The notes below the pieces were generated by a model. That model worked only from the letters and a program-made list of their open reading frames with translations, had not been told where the DNA came from and did no database searches. Below are positions 51,991 to 64,000 of a stretch of DNA of 64,000 bases, in pieces. Positions within the stretch are counted from its first letter, which is position 1. Every line of letters starts with the position of its first letter. The position numbers were made by a program, and so were the translations under genes. Source of the DNA: Isurus oxyrinchus (lineage: Eukaryota); NCBI GenBank assembly GCA_026770705.1, contig JANJGN010000015.1, positions 118,296,001 to 118,360,000 on the forward strand, read 5' to 3'.

Positions 51991-52199
51991 TCGGTCCCAG
52001 TACAGACCGCTAACATTTAAGAAGAGATGAATTGCCCAGCGACCAATGGAAAGAAGAGCAGGACAACACTTTACATTTTAAGACTTTTATGGTAACAAAC
52101 TAAAAGCAACCTTGATGAAACATTAATTAACAGGCAACAAATACGACAAGCTAATAAAAAAGATAAAATTTGCATTAACTCATTAACACTTCATCACTG

Positions 52200-52540
52200 A
52201 CAATAGGCCAGTTTTTGTTGCTCATCCCTAATTTCCTTTGCAAACTGAGTGGCTTGCTAGTCCATTTCAGAGGGTAGTTAAGAATCAACAGCATTGCTGT
52301 GGGTCTGGCCAACTGGGTAGGAATAGAAGATTTCCTTCCCTAACGGACATTAGTGAATCAGATGGGTTTTTACAACAATTGATGATGGCTTCATTGTTAC
52401 CATTACTGAGACTAGCTTTATGTTCCAGATTTATTTATTGAATTCACCAGATTTGTGAATACTCTGTGTCCTCAGAGTATTAGCCTGGGCCTAATGGATT
52501 ACTAGTCTAGTGACATTATCACTGCATCACCATCTCCACT
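52200..52540 (-). mobile_element. Same SINE family
   Basis: Similar to 2600-2995. Confidence 0.78.
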
Positions 52541-52814
52541 AATATGTCTTACAAAACCCTTTTGCTGGGCACTGCATTTCTGGCATGTATATAATATTAC
52601 AGGAACAGTCTCACAATCACTCCCAGCTCTCCAGCGGGTTCACTTCTCTTCCCTACGTTAGATCGAAATCTCCACTCAGCCCGTGTTTTCCTGGATATGT
52701 TTAATATCAGCAAGGTACACCTTGCCAACTCTCTGTTCCTGAAATCTTTAAGAGCCCTGCCTGTTCTGTTCCCTTTCTTTTGAACAGGAACCGATCTCAC
52801 ACCAACACCCTGGT

Positions 52815-54597
52815 GTAAATAATAAAAGGGTGGTAAAGGAAAGAGTAGGGCCGATTAAGGACAAAAAAGGGGACTTGCATGTGGAGGCTGGAGAAACAGG
52901 AGAGATGTTGAACGAGTACTTTGTCTCTCTCTTTACAAAGGAAGAACTTGCTCCCTGGGCCGAGGTGAGAGAGGAGGTAACTGGTACACTAGAAGAACTT
53001 ACAATTGAGAGGAAGGAGGTGTTGGAAAAGCTATCTTTACTTAAAATAGATAAGGTACCAGGACTGGATGAGATGCATCCAAGGGCACTGAGGGAAGTGA
53101 GAGTGGAAATAGCAGTGATAACCTTACAGTCTTCCTTAGACACAGGGGAGGTACCAGAGGACTGGAGAACTGTGAATGTTACAGCCTTGTTCAAAAAGGG
53201 GTGCAAGGATAAAGCTGGCAACTACAGGCCAATCAATTTGACCTCAGTGATTGGCAATCTCCTGGAAACTATAATACAGGATAAAATCAATAATCACTTA
53301 GACAAGTGCAAGATAATTAAGGAAAGCCAGCGTGGATTCATCAAGGGAAAATCATGTTTAACTAACTTGCTGGAGTTTTTTGAGGAGGTAGCAGAGAAGG
53401 CTGATAAAGGAAATACTGTTGATATGGTGTACGTGGATTTTCAAAAGGCATTTGATACAGTGCCACACAACAGACTAGTGAGCAAAATTCTAGGTCATGC
53501 AATAAAAGGGAAAGTAGGCTCTTGGATAAGAAATTGGCTGAGTGACCAGGAAACAGAGACTAGTGATAAATGGTTGTTTTTCAGATTGGAGGAAGGTTTC
53601 TAGTGGAGTTCCCCAGGGGTCAGTGTTGGCACCCTTGCTCTTCCTGATATATATTAATGACTTAGACTGTGGTGTACAGGGCGTGGTTTCAAAATTTGCA
53701 GATGATACGAAGTTTGGAAATGTTGTCAACTGTGATGGGGATAGTCTTGAACTTCAAAAGGACATAGACATGTTAGTTTGGGCAGACAAATAGCAGTGAA
53801 GTTCAATGCAGAGAAGCGTGAGGTGATTTATTTTGGCAGAAAAGATATGATGAGATAGTATAAAATAAAGGGAGAGCCTCTAAAGGAATTGCAGTAACAG
53901 AGGGATCTTGGTATATATGTACATACGGTCATTGAAGATGGCAGGGCATGTTGAGAGAGCAGTTAAAGCTTTATTATAGGGGCATTGAGCACAAGAGCAA
54001 GGAGGTTATGCTGAACTTGTATAAACACTAGTTAGGCCTCATCTGGAGCACTGCATTCAGTTCTGGGTGCCATACTTGAGGAAGGATGTGAAGGCATTGG
54101 AGAGAGTACAGAGGATATTCTTAAGATTGATTCCTGGGATGATAAACTGTAGCTATGAGGATAGATTGGAGAGGTTGGGACTCTTTTCCTTGGAGAAAAG
54201 AAGGCTGAGAGGAGACTTGATAGAGGTATTCAAGATCCTGAGGGGTAAGGACAGGGTAGATAGTGAGAACCTGTCCCCACTCAAAAGAGCATCAAGAAGT
54301 ACAGGACAGAGATTCAAAATAATTGGCAAAAGGAGTAAATGTGATGAGAGGAAAAAAAAACTCACCCAGAGGGTGATTGGAGTCTGGAACAAAGTTCCTG
54401 AAAGGGTGCTGGAGGTAGGTTCAATTGAGGTATTCAAAAAGGAATTGGATTGCCACCTGAAAAGAGAGAATGTGCAATGTTAGGGGCTGAAGGCAGGGGA
54501 GTGGGACTAGGTGGAATGCTCTTTCAGAGACCCAGTGCAGACTCAATGGACCAAATGGCCTCTTTCTGCACTGTAAAGATATTGTGATACTGTGATC
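52815..54597 (+). mobile_element. CR1-clade LINE, 5'-truncated RT region
   Basis: PGLDEMHPRAL, NYRPINLTSV, DFQKAFDTVPH, GVPQGSVLAPLLFLIYINDL, FADDTK. CR1 3' end. Confidence 0.93.
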
Positions 54598-55059
54598 AGT
54601 AGCTCACAACAGCTTACCTGTTTCCCCACAGCAGCCGCTTTTTTGTTCCTATGTCTCAAACTGCAGCTGTACTTTTTTTATGAAATACCGTGAAAAAGTG
54701 TTAAAAAATGGCATCTGACACGTCAATAAGTTTTTGTTTGAATTTCTCTCCCCATGGCAACTGGATCACATGGGTATGTCTCCAGGCAGAGATATTTATC
54801 CAGAATTCTCTGTTTTACTTTGAGTTAAAGATATATTTCAAAACATAACCATCTTGTAAAGTTCAGCATTCATGATAGTATTAAAAAATTTGGAAATGCA
54901 CTTGAAGTGCCATAATCGACAGTGCTATGAAACAAGAGCTGGAAAGTGGGATTAGGCTAGATTGCTCTAATTTAGCCTGAACAGAGACAATGGGCTGAAA
55001 GGCCCCTGTCTGTGCTGTAAATTTTCTACATTTCTATATTTTTATGCAATTATTATCTG

Positions 55060-55720
55060 ACAACAACAATAACTTACATTTATATAGCACCTTGAACATC
55101 ATGAACTATCCCAAGGCACTTCATGGGAGTTTTATAAAACAAAGAATGACACCAGGCCACAAAGGAGATGTTGGGTCAGATGACAAGAAGTCTGGTCAAA
55201 GAGGTTGGTTTTAACAAGTGTCTTAAAGGAGAGTGAGGTATAGGCAAAGAAGTGTAAGGAGGGTAGTCCAGAGCTTAGGGCTTTAGCGGGTGAAGGCATG
55301 GCCACAATGATGGAGCGATTAAAGTTGGGGATGCTCAAGAAGCCAGAATTAGAGCAACACAGGTATCTTGGATGGTTGTGGGGCTGGAGGAGATTACAGA
55401 GATAAGGGAGGGATTTGAAAACAAGGATGGGAATTTTAACACCAAGACGCTGCTTGACCGGAAGCCAACATAGGTCAGTGAACACAAGGGTGATAGGTGA
55501 ACAGGGCTTGGGGAGAGTTAAGGACTTGGGCAGCAGAGGTTTGGATGACCTCAAGTTTAGGGAGGGTAGAATGTGGGACACCAGCCATGAGTGTGTTCGA
55601 ATAGTCAAGTCTAAAGGTAATGAATGAGAGTTTCCACAGTGGATGAGCTGAGAAATGAATGATGAGGTTGAATGATATTATGGAGGTTGAACTAGGTGGT
55701 CTTAGTGATGGCACAAATAT
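55060..55720 (-). mobile_element. L2-clade LINE 3' fragment
   Basis: ITFRLDYSNTLMAGVP..KLEVIQTSAAQVL; DLCWLPVKQRL; FKTLVKTNLF. (GTT)n tail. Confidence 0.8.
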
Positions 55721-55764
55721 ACAACGTAATAATATATACCCCAGTGTACTAAAATGCTAGTGTA

Positions 55765-55930
55765 CTTCAACTCTTTCTTGGACTCGAACTCAAGTTCTGT
55801 TGAACGGTCATGAGGACTCGAAACGTCAACTCTTTTCTTCTCCGCCGATGCTGCCAGACCTCCTGAGTTTTTCCAGGTAATTCTGTTTTTGTTTTGGATT
55901 TCCAGCATTTGCAGTTTTTTTGTTTTTACT
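55765..55930 (+). mobile_element. Third copy of the young Penelope-tail element
   Basis: Reverse complement of 4637-4770 and 50287-50450, with few differences. Confidence 0.75.
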
Positions 55931-55974
55931 TCACAGAGAGGTAGTCAAACAGAAATTGACACCGAGTCAAAGGG

Positions 55975-56603
55975 ATACCTACCTTTATTAGGCGAGGCAT
56001 AGAATATAAGAGCAGGGAGGTTATGCTGGAATTGTATAAAACGCTGGTTAAGCCACAGCTAGAGTATTGCGTGCAGTTCTGGAATCCGCATTATAGGAAG
56101 GATGTGATTGCCCTACAGAGTGTGAAGAGGAGATTTACCAGGATATTGCCTGGGCTGGAGAGTTTTAGTTATGAGGAGAGATTGGATAGACTGGGGTTAT
56201 TTTCCCTGGAGCAGAGGAGATTGAGGGGGGACATAATTGAGGTGTATAAAATTATGAGGGGCATGGATCGAGTAGACAGGAAGGAACTTTTTCCCTTGGT
56301 GGAGGGATCAATAACCAGGGGCATAGATATAAGGTAAGGGTCAGGAAGTTTAGAGGGGATGTGAGGAAGAATTTTTTCACCCAGAGGGTGGTGGGAATCT
56401 GGAACTCACTGTCTGAAAGGGTGGTAGAGGCAGAAACCCTCATAACATTTAAGAAGTATTTGGATGTGCACTTGCAATGCCATGGCATACAAGGCTATGG
56501 GCCTAGTGCTGGAAAATGGGATTAGAATAGTTTGGTACTTGTTTGATGGGCTAGATGGGCCAAAGGGCCTTTTTCTGTGCTGTAGCCCCCTATGACTCTA
56601 TGA
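55975..56603 (+). mobile_element. CR1 3' fragment
   Basis: MLELYKTLVKPQLEYCVQFW..FSLEQRRLRGD. Terminal CTATGACT repeats. Confidence 0.88.
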
Positions 56604-56859
56604 CAAAGTAGGAGATACTAGGACACGTGACTGAAGATTTGGTAAAAGAGGCAAGATTTAAGAAGGGTCTTAGAGGAGGAGAGGTTTAGGGAGAGAATTC
56701 CAGAGTTTAGAATCTAGACAGCTGAAGGAATGGTCACTGAAGGGCGGGAGATACATGAGAGTCCAGAGACGGAGAAATGCAGAATTCTGGAGGGGTTGTA
56801 GAACTGGAGGTCATTGGTGGGTGGGGATTTGAGCAGGACGCTGAGAATTTTAGAAATTA

Positions 56860-57322
56860 ACCGGCTAAAAAGCCCCTTGTCGGTTTGCTTTCCCGAAGGG
56901 ACATCAGCTGAAGATGTTGCATTTGCAACTTGGGTTTGACGCAGACGGTTCTTTGAGCACAATTGAACCATCTACTTGGTGTGCGGCTGAAAGCGGGAAT
57001 TGAAACCAAACTTCGAGCAGTTGTGAGGAGCCAAAATTCGGAATCGCCCCTCGATAGCGGGTCCCTGGTCACTGTAAACTCTAGCCAGGTAACGCTGAGC
57101 CAAGGAGAATCAGGGATTGACTGACTGACTGTCTGTGCCTGATGTGGTACCGCCTCTTTCATAGATTATTCAAGTCTCCTGTCATTAAATATTCAGCATG
57201 GTACAGCCCAGTGGGATTTGCCAGGGAGCAGTCGCCAGTGGAAAATGGTCACGCGTAAGAAAGTGAAAGAGGGCAAGAAAATCTGGGAATTAATGATTTG
57301 AAAAAAAAACACCACCCGGAAA
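56860..57322 (+). promoter_or_regulatory. CpG-enriched proximal promoter/5'UTR of ESPN, with a possible 76-nt 5'UTR intron (57089-57164)
   Basis: Non-repetitive and CpG-rich relative to its flanks. Donor CAG|GTAACG at 57089, CTGAC branch-like repeats near 57121, acceptor CTCTTTCATAG| at 57164. Confidence 0.5.
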
Positions 57323-57616
57323 ATGGTTTTGGATCGCGCTCTGGTCGCTGCCAAGAACGGCGATCTCCAAGCGCTGCAAGAGTTACAGAAGCAGGGGTTG
57401 ATCCATCAGAAAGTGACCGACCATCTCGGAGCTTCTCCGGTCCATCACGCCGCCCGCTCCGGCAAACTGAACGCTCTGAAATTCCTGGTGGACGAAGCGA
57501 AACTCCCCGGGAACAAGAAAGCCAAGAACGGGGCAACTCCGGCGCACGACGCGGCGGCCACCGGCAATTTGGTCTGTTTGCAGTGGCTGCTGAGCTCAGG
57601 GGGCTGTCAGTTACAG
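57323..57616 (+). CDS. ESPN: Espin, first coding exon (N-terminal ankyrin repeats)
   Basis: MVLDRALVAAKNGDLQ...PVHHAARSGKLNALKFLVDEAKLP...[32 protein letters not shown] closely matches the vertebrate espin N-terminus as recalled (MALEQALQAARQGEL...PVHHAARAGKLHCLRFL...[32 protein letters not shown]). It ends at a phase-0 donor CAG|GTAAGG after 98 codons. ESPNL paralogy is not formally excluded. Confidence 0.92.
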
Positions 57617-57644
57617 GTAAGGAGGAAATGTGGCTGGTGCCCCG

Positions 57645-57975
57645 GGCGGGGGCAATGGGGCTGGTACTGGGGACTGCAGCTGGGGGGCAGAGGAGCTGGA
57701 GGCAATGGGGCAGGAGCTGGGGGTAATGGGGCAGGAGCTGGGGGTAATGGGGCAGGAGCTGGGTACTGGAGCTGGGGGCAGAGGAGCTGGGGGCAGAGGA
57801 GCTGGAGGCAATGGGGCAGGAGCTGGGGGTAATGGGGCAGGAACTGGGTACTGGAGCTGGGGGCAGAGGAGCTGGGGTCAGAGGAGCTGGAGGCAATGGG
57901 GCAGAGGAGCTGGAGGTAATGTGGCAGGAGTTAGGGGTAATGGGGCAGGAGCTGGAACGGGAGCTGGGGGCAGTG
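57645..57975 (+). repeat. G-rich minisatellite (~21-bp units such as GGGGCAGGAGCTGGGGGTAAT) at the start of ESPN intron 1
   Basis: Directly visible tandem variants of GGAGCTGGGGG/GGCAATGGGGCA. Confidence 0.9.
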
Positions 57976-59329
57976 AGGTGGGCGTGTGGAAAGGTTCTGG
58001 GGCACTGGGGCTGCGGACGTGAGCAGTGGGGCATAGATGGAGAAGAGTAGTGGGGTTGGCTGCAGTGAGACTTGGGTGTGGGGAAGGGGATAGCGGGGCT
58101 GGGGTTGGGGCACTATAGCTTGGGGCTGGGAGAGAGGGTCTGGGAGCTGGAAACTGATTGCTGGAATATGGCTCACTGGATGGGGAGATGTCACTCAAAC
58201 TTTTCCAAAAGGCCTCTGATCATAGGAGTTAGCACCTATGGATGGTGATGGATCTATTGATGGGAATAACTCTCTACACAGTTCTAATGTTTCCCAATTA
58301 TCATAATCACGCTGCTTATAATTCTGAGAACAGTAAAATCATATGCTGAGTAAAGGCGAATTGTTACCATTTAAACCCAAACGCTAAGATTTGAATGTGC
58401 TTCATAATAATTTTAACTGTGTCATGAATGATTTTTTTCAATGTACAACTAGTAGAGCATGAATTGTCTTGACAGAGCCTATGTGAACTTCAGAAAGAGT
58501 TGGGAACATTAAAAGTTGGGTAGTTATTCACAGACTGGCTTCTCCTGTTAATCTCATTTCAATGGATTAGTGTTTGCCTTACAAAGTACAAAACAAATAC
58601 AATACCTTTCACAAGATTCAGACTTTCGGAGCCTGTTGCTATAGGATCTGAGCTCCTACACTGCAGTAAAATCTGGGAAAAATTGAGTAACTGCCCCTCT
58701 TTATTCCTTGTGCAATCTCCTGCTGCTTCCCATTATTCTTTATGTTACCTTCTCTTGCATTTCATTGACCCTGGCACAGTTTGATCCTGTGTTGCATTTT
58801 TCTGGGTGTAATTGCCTTTTGGAATCAATTTCCCTATGTAATTCCTTTTTCTATCCTGTTGATCTCCATGTAATCCTTTCTGAATTTTATTAGTCTCCTT
58901 GTGACTCCTCCAGCTGCCTTGCAAATGTTTCCTCCTACCTAATTTGTGACCCCAAACAACTTTCTATTATTCTTTGTACAATTTTCTTTTATAACCAGTT
59001 AATCAGCTCCTTTATCCTCTCCTACCTGTCCCTTATTTTATGCAGTTCGATCCTTCAATCTTTCTTCCTACCCCTCTTCCTATCCCTTTGTAATTTCCTC
59101 CTGCATTTCCACTTTCTCTTTGAACCTCCCTCTCACCTTCTGCTTCTTTTCACTGAAACATCTTTATGTCTTTATTATTCTCTGCCTTCCTCCTCCCTCG
59201 GTTATTTATTCTGTAACTACCGCCTACAACAAAGAGGGCTAGGGGGAATCATTGAAGTTAAATAGAAAGATTATAAAAAAAAACAGGTTTTAGTACAAGA
59301 ATATGGACTGATTATAAATTAGTATAACG

Positions 59330-59790
59330 TAGTATTCACCGCACAGAAACAGACCATTCAGCCCAATGCTGGTGTTTATGCTCCACTCCTCCAAGCCTCC
59401 TCTCACTTTACTTCATTTAACCCAATCAACATGTGCTATATTTTTCTCTCTGAGGTGCTGAGCTAGCTTCCTCTTAAATGCATCTTTCTATTCACCTCAG
59501 CAATTCCGTGGTAGTATGTTCCACATTCTAATAACTCTCTGGGTCTTTGGACTTCCCACAAGTGGAAACATGTTCTCTCACCTAATCTCTCAAGCCCTTC
59601 ATAATTTCAAAGACCTCAATCAAGTCAGCCCTCAGCCTTCCCTTTTCCAGAGAAAAAAATAACACACAAGCTCTCAGCTCTGGGATCATCCCTGCAAATC
59701 CTTTTCGCATCTTCTCTAATGCCTCTATATCTTTTTTTGGGATATGGAGACAAGAATTGTGTAACGTGTTCTGTGGTTGGGGTTTAAAGC
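59330..59790 (-). mobile_element. Old CR1 3' fragment
   Basis: CR1 hairpin GGGCTGAATGGTCTG and TTTTCTCTGGAAAAGGGAAGGCTGAG motif. Confidence 0.6.
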
Positions 59791-61737
59791 ATATTGTTGA
59801 GTCAATGTCGTGGTCCCTTCCCTCTGCATCTGATAGACCTTCAAATGCTCCTTGTTAAGCGCTTTAAATGGGAACACAGTTCTTTCCATCTTAATGATGA
59901 GCTGTGTGGTCATCTGTGATTGAGATTTACCAGGGAATCAGAGTTTTACACATATTTTCCCCGTTCCCTTAGGCACAAGGACAAGTGGAAATTACTGATG
60001 ATGGGTTATCTCAAAACACTAAGGGCTTGAATTTTAGTCCCCACCTAAGAATAGTGCTGCCAGCCTGCATGCTAATTCCCCAGCTCCATTCTGTCCCTGA
60101 TTGGAGATGGCGGCCTGCTCACAATAGGTAGCCAATCCAACTTGTCAAAGGCCACAAGGCCAAGTGAAGATGGTCAACTGGGATTTTCCCACCAGCCTCT
60201 CGGTTCCACAGGTGGCAGGGGCCAGTTTAGCTGTCTGGAGGCGAACTCCCTGTAGCAGACGGGCAGGAGCTGAGCCAGCATTCCAGACAGGCCTCAAGCC
60301 TCCGTGCCTGCTTGTGTGTGGTAGCAGCCACAGGCCACCCTGTAGGGGGGTTCCCCCTCCCAACCCAGTGGCCCTGCTTCAAATCTCATTTTTAAAAGTT
60401 TAAACGTTGAAAAAAAGTTGGAGAGAGGGCATCTCCATTTTGAAGTGCCGTCTTCCTTACTTATCTCCCATGGCATCCTCCTTTCGAACTGGAAGACACC
60501 TCAATGGCCTTCCAGCTTTAAGAGCCTTAATTGGAACTTGGAGTCATTTTAACCCGTTTCTTTTTAACACTGGGCCCAGTGCATAAATCTGAATCGGTTC
60601 AGCGTTATATTGGCAGCTTCATTTGATTTTATCTACAGGAAGGTTGCTATGGCAAATAGAAGTTTCACACTGGAACAGGATGGGCTGGTAATCTGAAGAT
60701 TGTGGTTGAACACAAAAGGCATCCTGGAACTCATTTTCCCCAAAATGTTGAGGCTGTGGGAAGGAGGGGGGGAGGGGTTGTTTCAATTGAAAATGCTGAT
60801 TAATATTTGTTGGATAAGCGTATTCAGGGGCTTGGAACCATGGCGGGTAGCCGGCAGTAAGATACTGGTCGGCCATGATGTATAATTGAATGGCAGCGGA
60901 TCAAGCATGAGGGGATGAATGGCCTCCTCCTATTCCCCTTTCCTGACAAGCTTTACTTTGTATCGAGCCTGACCTGGGAGTGCTTGGTGCTGACATTGGG
61001 TGACTCCAAGGGGAAAGCATTCTGCTTCTCAACAGCAACATTCTCAAATGCACAAAAAACAACTCAACTGGCTAAGCCCAGTAGCCAATTTGCACGCAGC
61101 AAATTCCCACAAAGCACAATGTGTAAATTGCCAGATAATGTTTACTCGGATGCTGGGGATAATTCCCCTACTCTTCTTCAGAATAGTGCCATGAGATTTT
61201 CACATCCACCTTAAGGGGAAGCCAAGCCCTCAGTTTAACATCTTGTCTCCCTCAGTACTGGCACCGGGAGTGTTGACCTCAAATGGAGGCTCAGGTACCT
61301 GGAATGGGACCCAAACCTGTGACCTTCAGTCTGAAGGCACGAGTGCTACTTACTGAGCCAATGGCTGAGGGGATTGTTTTGTGGATTTATTGGCAATTAA
61401 AACTGTGCTTATGCATGGTTTACGTAATTGCAGCAAAGTCACAAAACACTGTAATGCATGCAAAATTGGTGCAAAATCACTGCTGTGACTTTGCCATTCT
61501 GTGCTGCCTTCAGAGGTACTCCACTGCAGGTCAGCAGTTGTCGCTCTTTCTTTATGGGCTAAGGGTTGAGTCAGGCTGCAGGTCTGTGCAAAATGGCAAC
61601 ACAGCACCAAATACTACCCATGTCTGTTGTGTCTTCTGGAAGTATTTGGAGAGACCAGGCAAATGCCTCCATTTCAAGGGCTTTTGGTCTCTATTGATGA
61701 AAGTGTGTGATCATTTATACATTAATGATGCCACTCT

Positions 61738-61865
61738 TGCATCATTAGCCTTCCCATGTCTAAGAATTGTGCCCTCTTTATATATTACAGATCATCTGTA
61801 AGAGGAGATGATCTGTAATATATAAAGAGGGCACAATTCTTAGACATGGGAAGGCTAATGATGCA
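61738..61865. repeat. Perfect inverted repeat, 60-bp arms, 8-nt spacer
   Basis: 61738-61797 is the exact reverse complement of 61806-61865. Spacer GTAAGAGG. Confidence 0.95.
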
Positions 61866-62909
61866 GCTGTAAAATGTGTTAGTTTGAGTATAATTTCTTT
61901 TCCCTATTGAGCAGGCTCGATGGGCTGAATGGTCTACTCCTGCTTCAATTGTAGTCAACTAAATACAGCTCGCGAAAGCACCAGTAGTGATTGCCTAGCT
62001 GTTGTGCCTGGAACACTTGCTGGATTTCACAATATATTTTGTTATTGAAATCCCAGTGGGACTTTATGACTTAGCTCGATTAGAAGCACTGCGGCCTAGG
62101 CATGAAATTGGTGGTGAGCCTCTTTGTAACTCATTGTCTGGCTCCAAAACATAATTTTAGAAAAAATGTTCTTTGTGCATTGAAAAAAAGATCAAGGGAG
62201 TTCTGCACTGTTGGGGATGGTGTTTTTCGGATAAGATGTTTAGCAGAGGCCTCATTTGCCCTCTTACGTGGGCTTCAGATTTGCCAATGCACTATTCAAA
62301 GAAGAACAGATCATTTTTTTCCCACTGTTCTGACCAATATTCATTCCCCAACCAACACCTAAAACAGATTCTATGATCATGAGACCATTGTTGTTTGCTG
62401 TGCACAATATGGCTGTTGTGTTCCCTATATTACAAATATAAATGCAAACCTTTCTTTTCTTATGATGTCCCAGCCTCCTATTCACAGCTTTGTAATGACT
62501 GGAAAACTGTAGCAATACAGAGCATATGAAACAAAGCATATGGAAACAGGTAAAGTTTCCACCAGCAACAAAAGTGGTGGTGCAGGCTGGATAGGCTGAA
62601 TGGGCTAGTCCTAACCCCAGAACAGGCTGGAAGTCTCCTCCCCACTAGGGGTGCAGACCTGGAAATTCTGGGAGATTTTTGTTCAATGAATGGAAATCAT
62701 GGGCAAGTGTACTCTCAATTTGTGGGTAAGGCTCCCTCTACTGGGAGTGCAAACTGGCAAAATCAACCTGGATATCTGCACCTCCTACGTGAATTCAAAA
62801 TGAGGGCCAAAAACTTTCAGTGGCTGGACCAATTTAAGAAATGAGTTAATAGCGTACAACAACCCTAAACAAGCATTGCCATTGGTTACCTTGATTATAT
62901 GCCCAAGAA

Positions 62910-63290
62910 ACAAAGAAATTGCATTTATGTAGTGCCTTTCACAACCTCAGGACACCCCTGAGACTTTACAGCCAATTAAATACTTTTGAAGTGTAGTCAT
63001 TGACACATCATTTCAGCGAATTTGCACACAGCAAGCTCCTCCAATCAGATAATGCCCAGATAATCTGTTTTTAGTGATGTTGGTGAAGGACAAATATTGG
63101 CCAGAATTCTGGGGAGAACTCCCTCCCCTTCTTTGGAATTGTGCAATGGGATTTTTTTACATCTACTTGAGTAGGCAGAGGGAGCCTCAGTTTAAGGTCT
63201 CATCTGAAGGACGACACTCCTGGCAGCGTAGCATTCCCTTAGTGCTGGAAGTGTCAGTGCAGATTATGTGCTCAAGGCTCTTGAAACCAC
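62910..63290 (-). mobile_element. Deu-domain SINE (further copies at about 31230-31450, 34000-34470, 49375-49600, 61050-61370, 62200-62440)
   Basis: Same core and tail. Confidence 0.7.
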
Positions 63291-63933
63291 GAGTGAAGTA
63301 TTGGAACAATTTCACTGCCCCCATACTTTGCTTGGTGCATGCTCATTCTTGCTGGGAAACACAGGGAGAAACAATTAACAAAGCAGGAAATTTACAGAAG
63401 GTAAAAAGAATGAAGAATCTGACCATTACCTGGGAATTGCTGAGATTTGCTTCTCATGTATAGTTATTTAATAAGCTTCAGAAGGCACAAGAATTGCTCC
63501 CCTGAAATTAAATTTCTGCTTATCGCTGACGTAATTGGAACTGCTGTAATGTGCCCCTGGGGCCAGGTGGCAAACACAAGACTAATAGGAATCTATTTGT
63601 GGTCTCGTCAAGATCTTAATGATACTTTTACGTGCTGTCATCTAAAGCACTCATGCCCTGGCGCATATCTATGGTTATTCCAACATGGCCTAGTGAGTCA
63701 GGAATGCCAAGATGTTAAATATTGTGACTGACTTTGATTCCCTAAATGTTAACACCTTTTGATTCATTACTGTCTCAAAAATTATTTCAGAGATAGAGAA
63801 TCAATTAACCTTTTTAATTTGTTGAAGCCTCAGCATTAGGGCAGAAAAATTAAACGAGAAATAAAATTCGGCAAAGTGTAACTCTGCACTACTGGATAGT
63901 CTCAGCTCATTTAATTATGGTGTACACAGTGGG

Positions 63934-63958
63934 GTGTGTGTGTGTGTGTGTGTGTGTG
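63934..63958 (+). repeat. (GT)n microsatellite
   Basis: Directly visible. Confidence 0.95.
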
Positions 63959-64000
63959 CACGTGTGGTGAACTTATTAATGCACCCTCTACGTCCCAGTC

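Noticed and set aside
52830-53603. 257-aa ORF as a host gene
   Set aside because: It is a CR1 ORF2 fragment, followed by a frameshift and stops.
57617-58198. Long Gly/Pro-rich ORFs on both strands, including the extension of the ESPN ORF
   Set aside because: Products of the G-rich minisatellite; espin similarity stops at the splice donor at 57616.
57617-64000. ESPN exon 2
   Set aside because: No DKDNSGATVLHLAARFGH-like sequence found; it presumably lies beyond the window.

Overview
Eukaryotic, repeat-rich genomic DNA. The repeat complement (CR1/HER1-like and L2 LINEs, Deu-domain SINEs, Penelope-type elements, Mag-type Gypsy, Harbinger-like) points to a cartilaginous fish (inference). The only host protein-coding sequence I can support is the first coding exon of espin (ESPN, 57323-57616, +). 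The rest is about 57 kb of upstream DNA plus the start of intron 1. Highlights: (1) a decayed Gypsy LTR retrotransposon whose RT/RNase H has been replaced by a roughly 600 bp UACA-like host coiled-coil gene fragment; (2) three dispersed copies of a cis-regulatory grammar (paired HES sites 11 bp apart, followed by class A E-boxes); (3) minimal hammerhead-ribozyme motifs carried by Penelope-related repeats; (4) a SINE that looks like an internally deleted LINE with a tRNA-like head; (5) a candidate distal promoter with two RFX X-boxes; (6) a perfect 60-bp-arm palindrome. Repeat boundaries are approximate, and all family assignments were made by eye without database searches.
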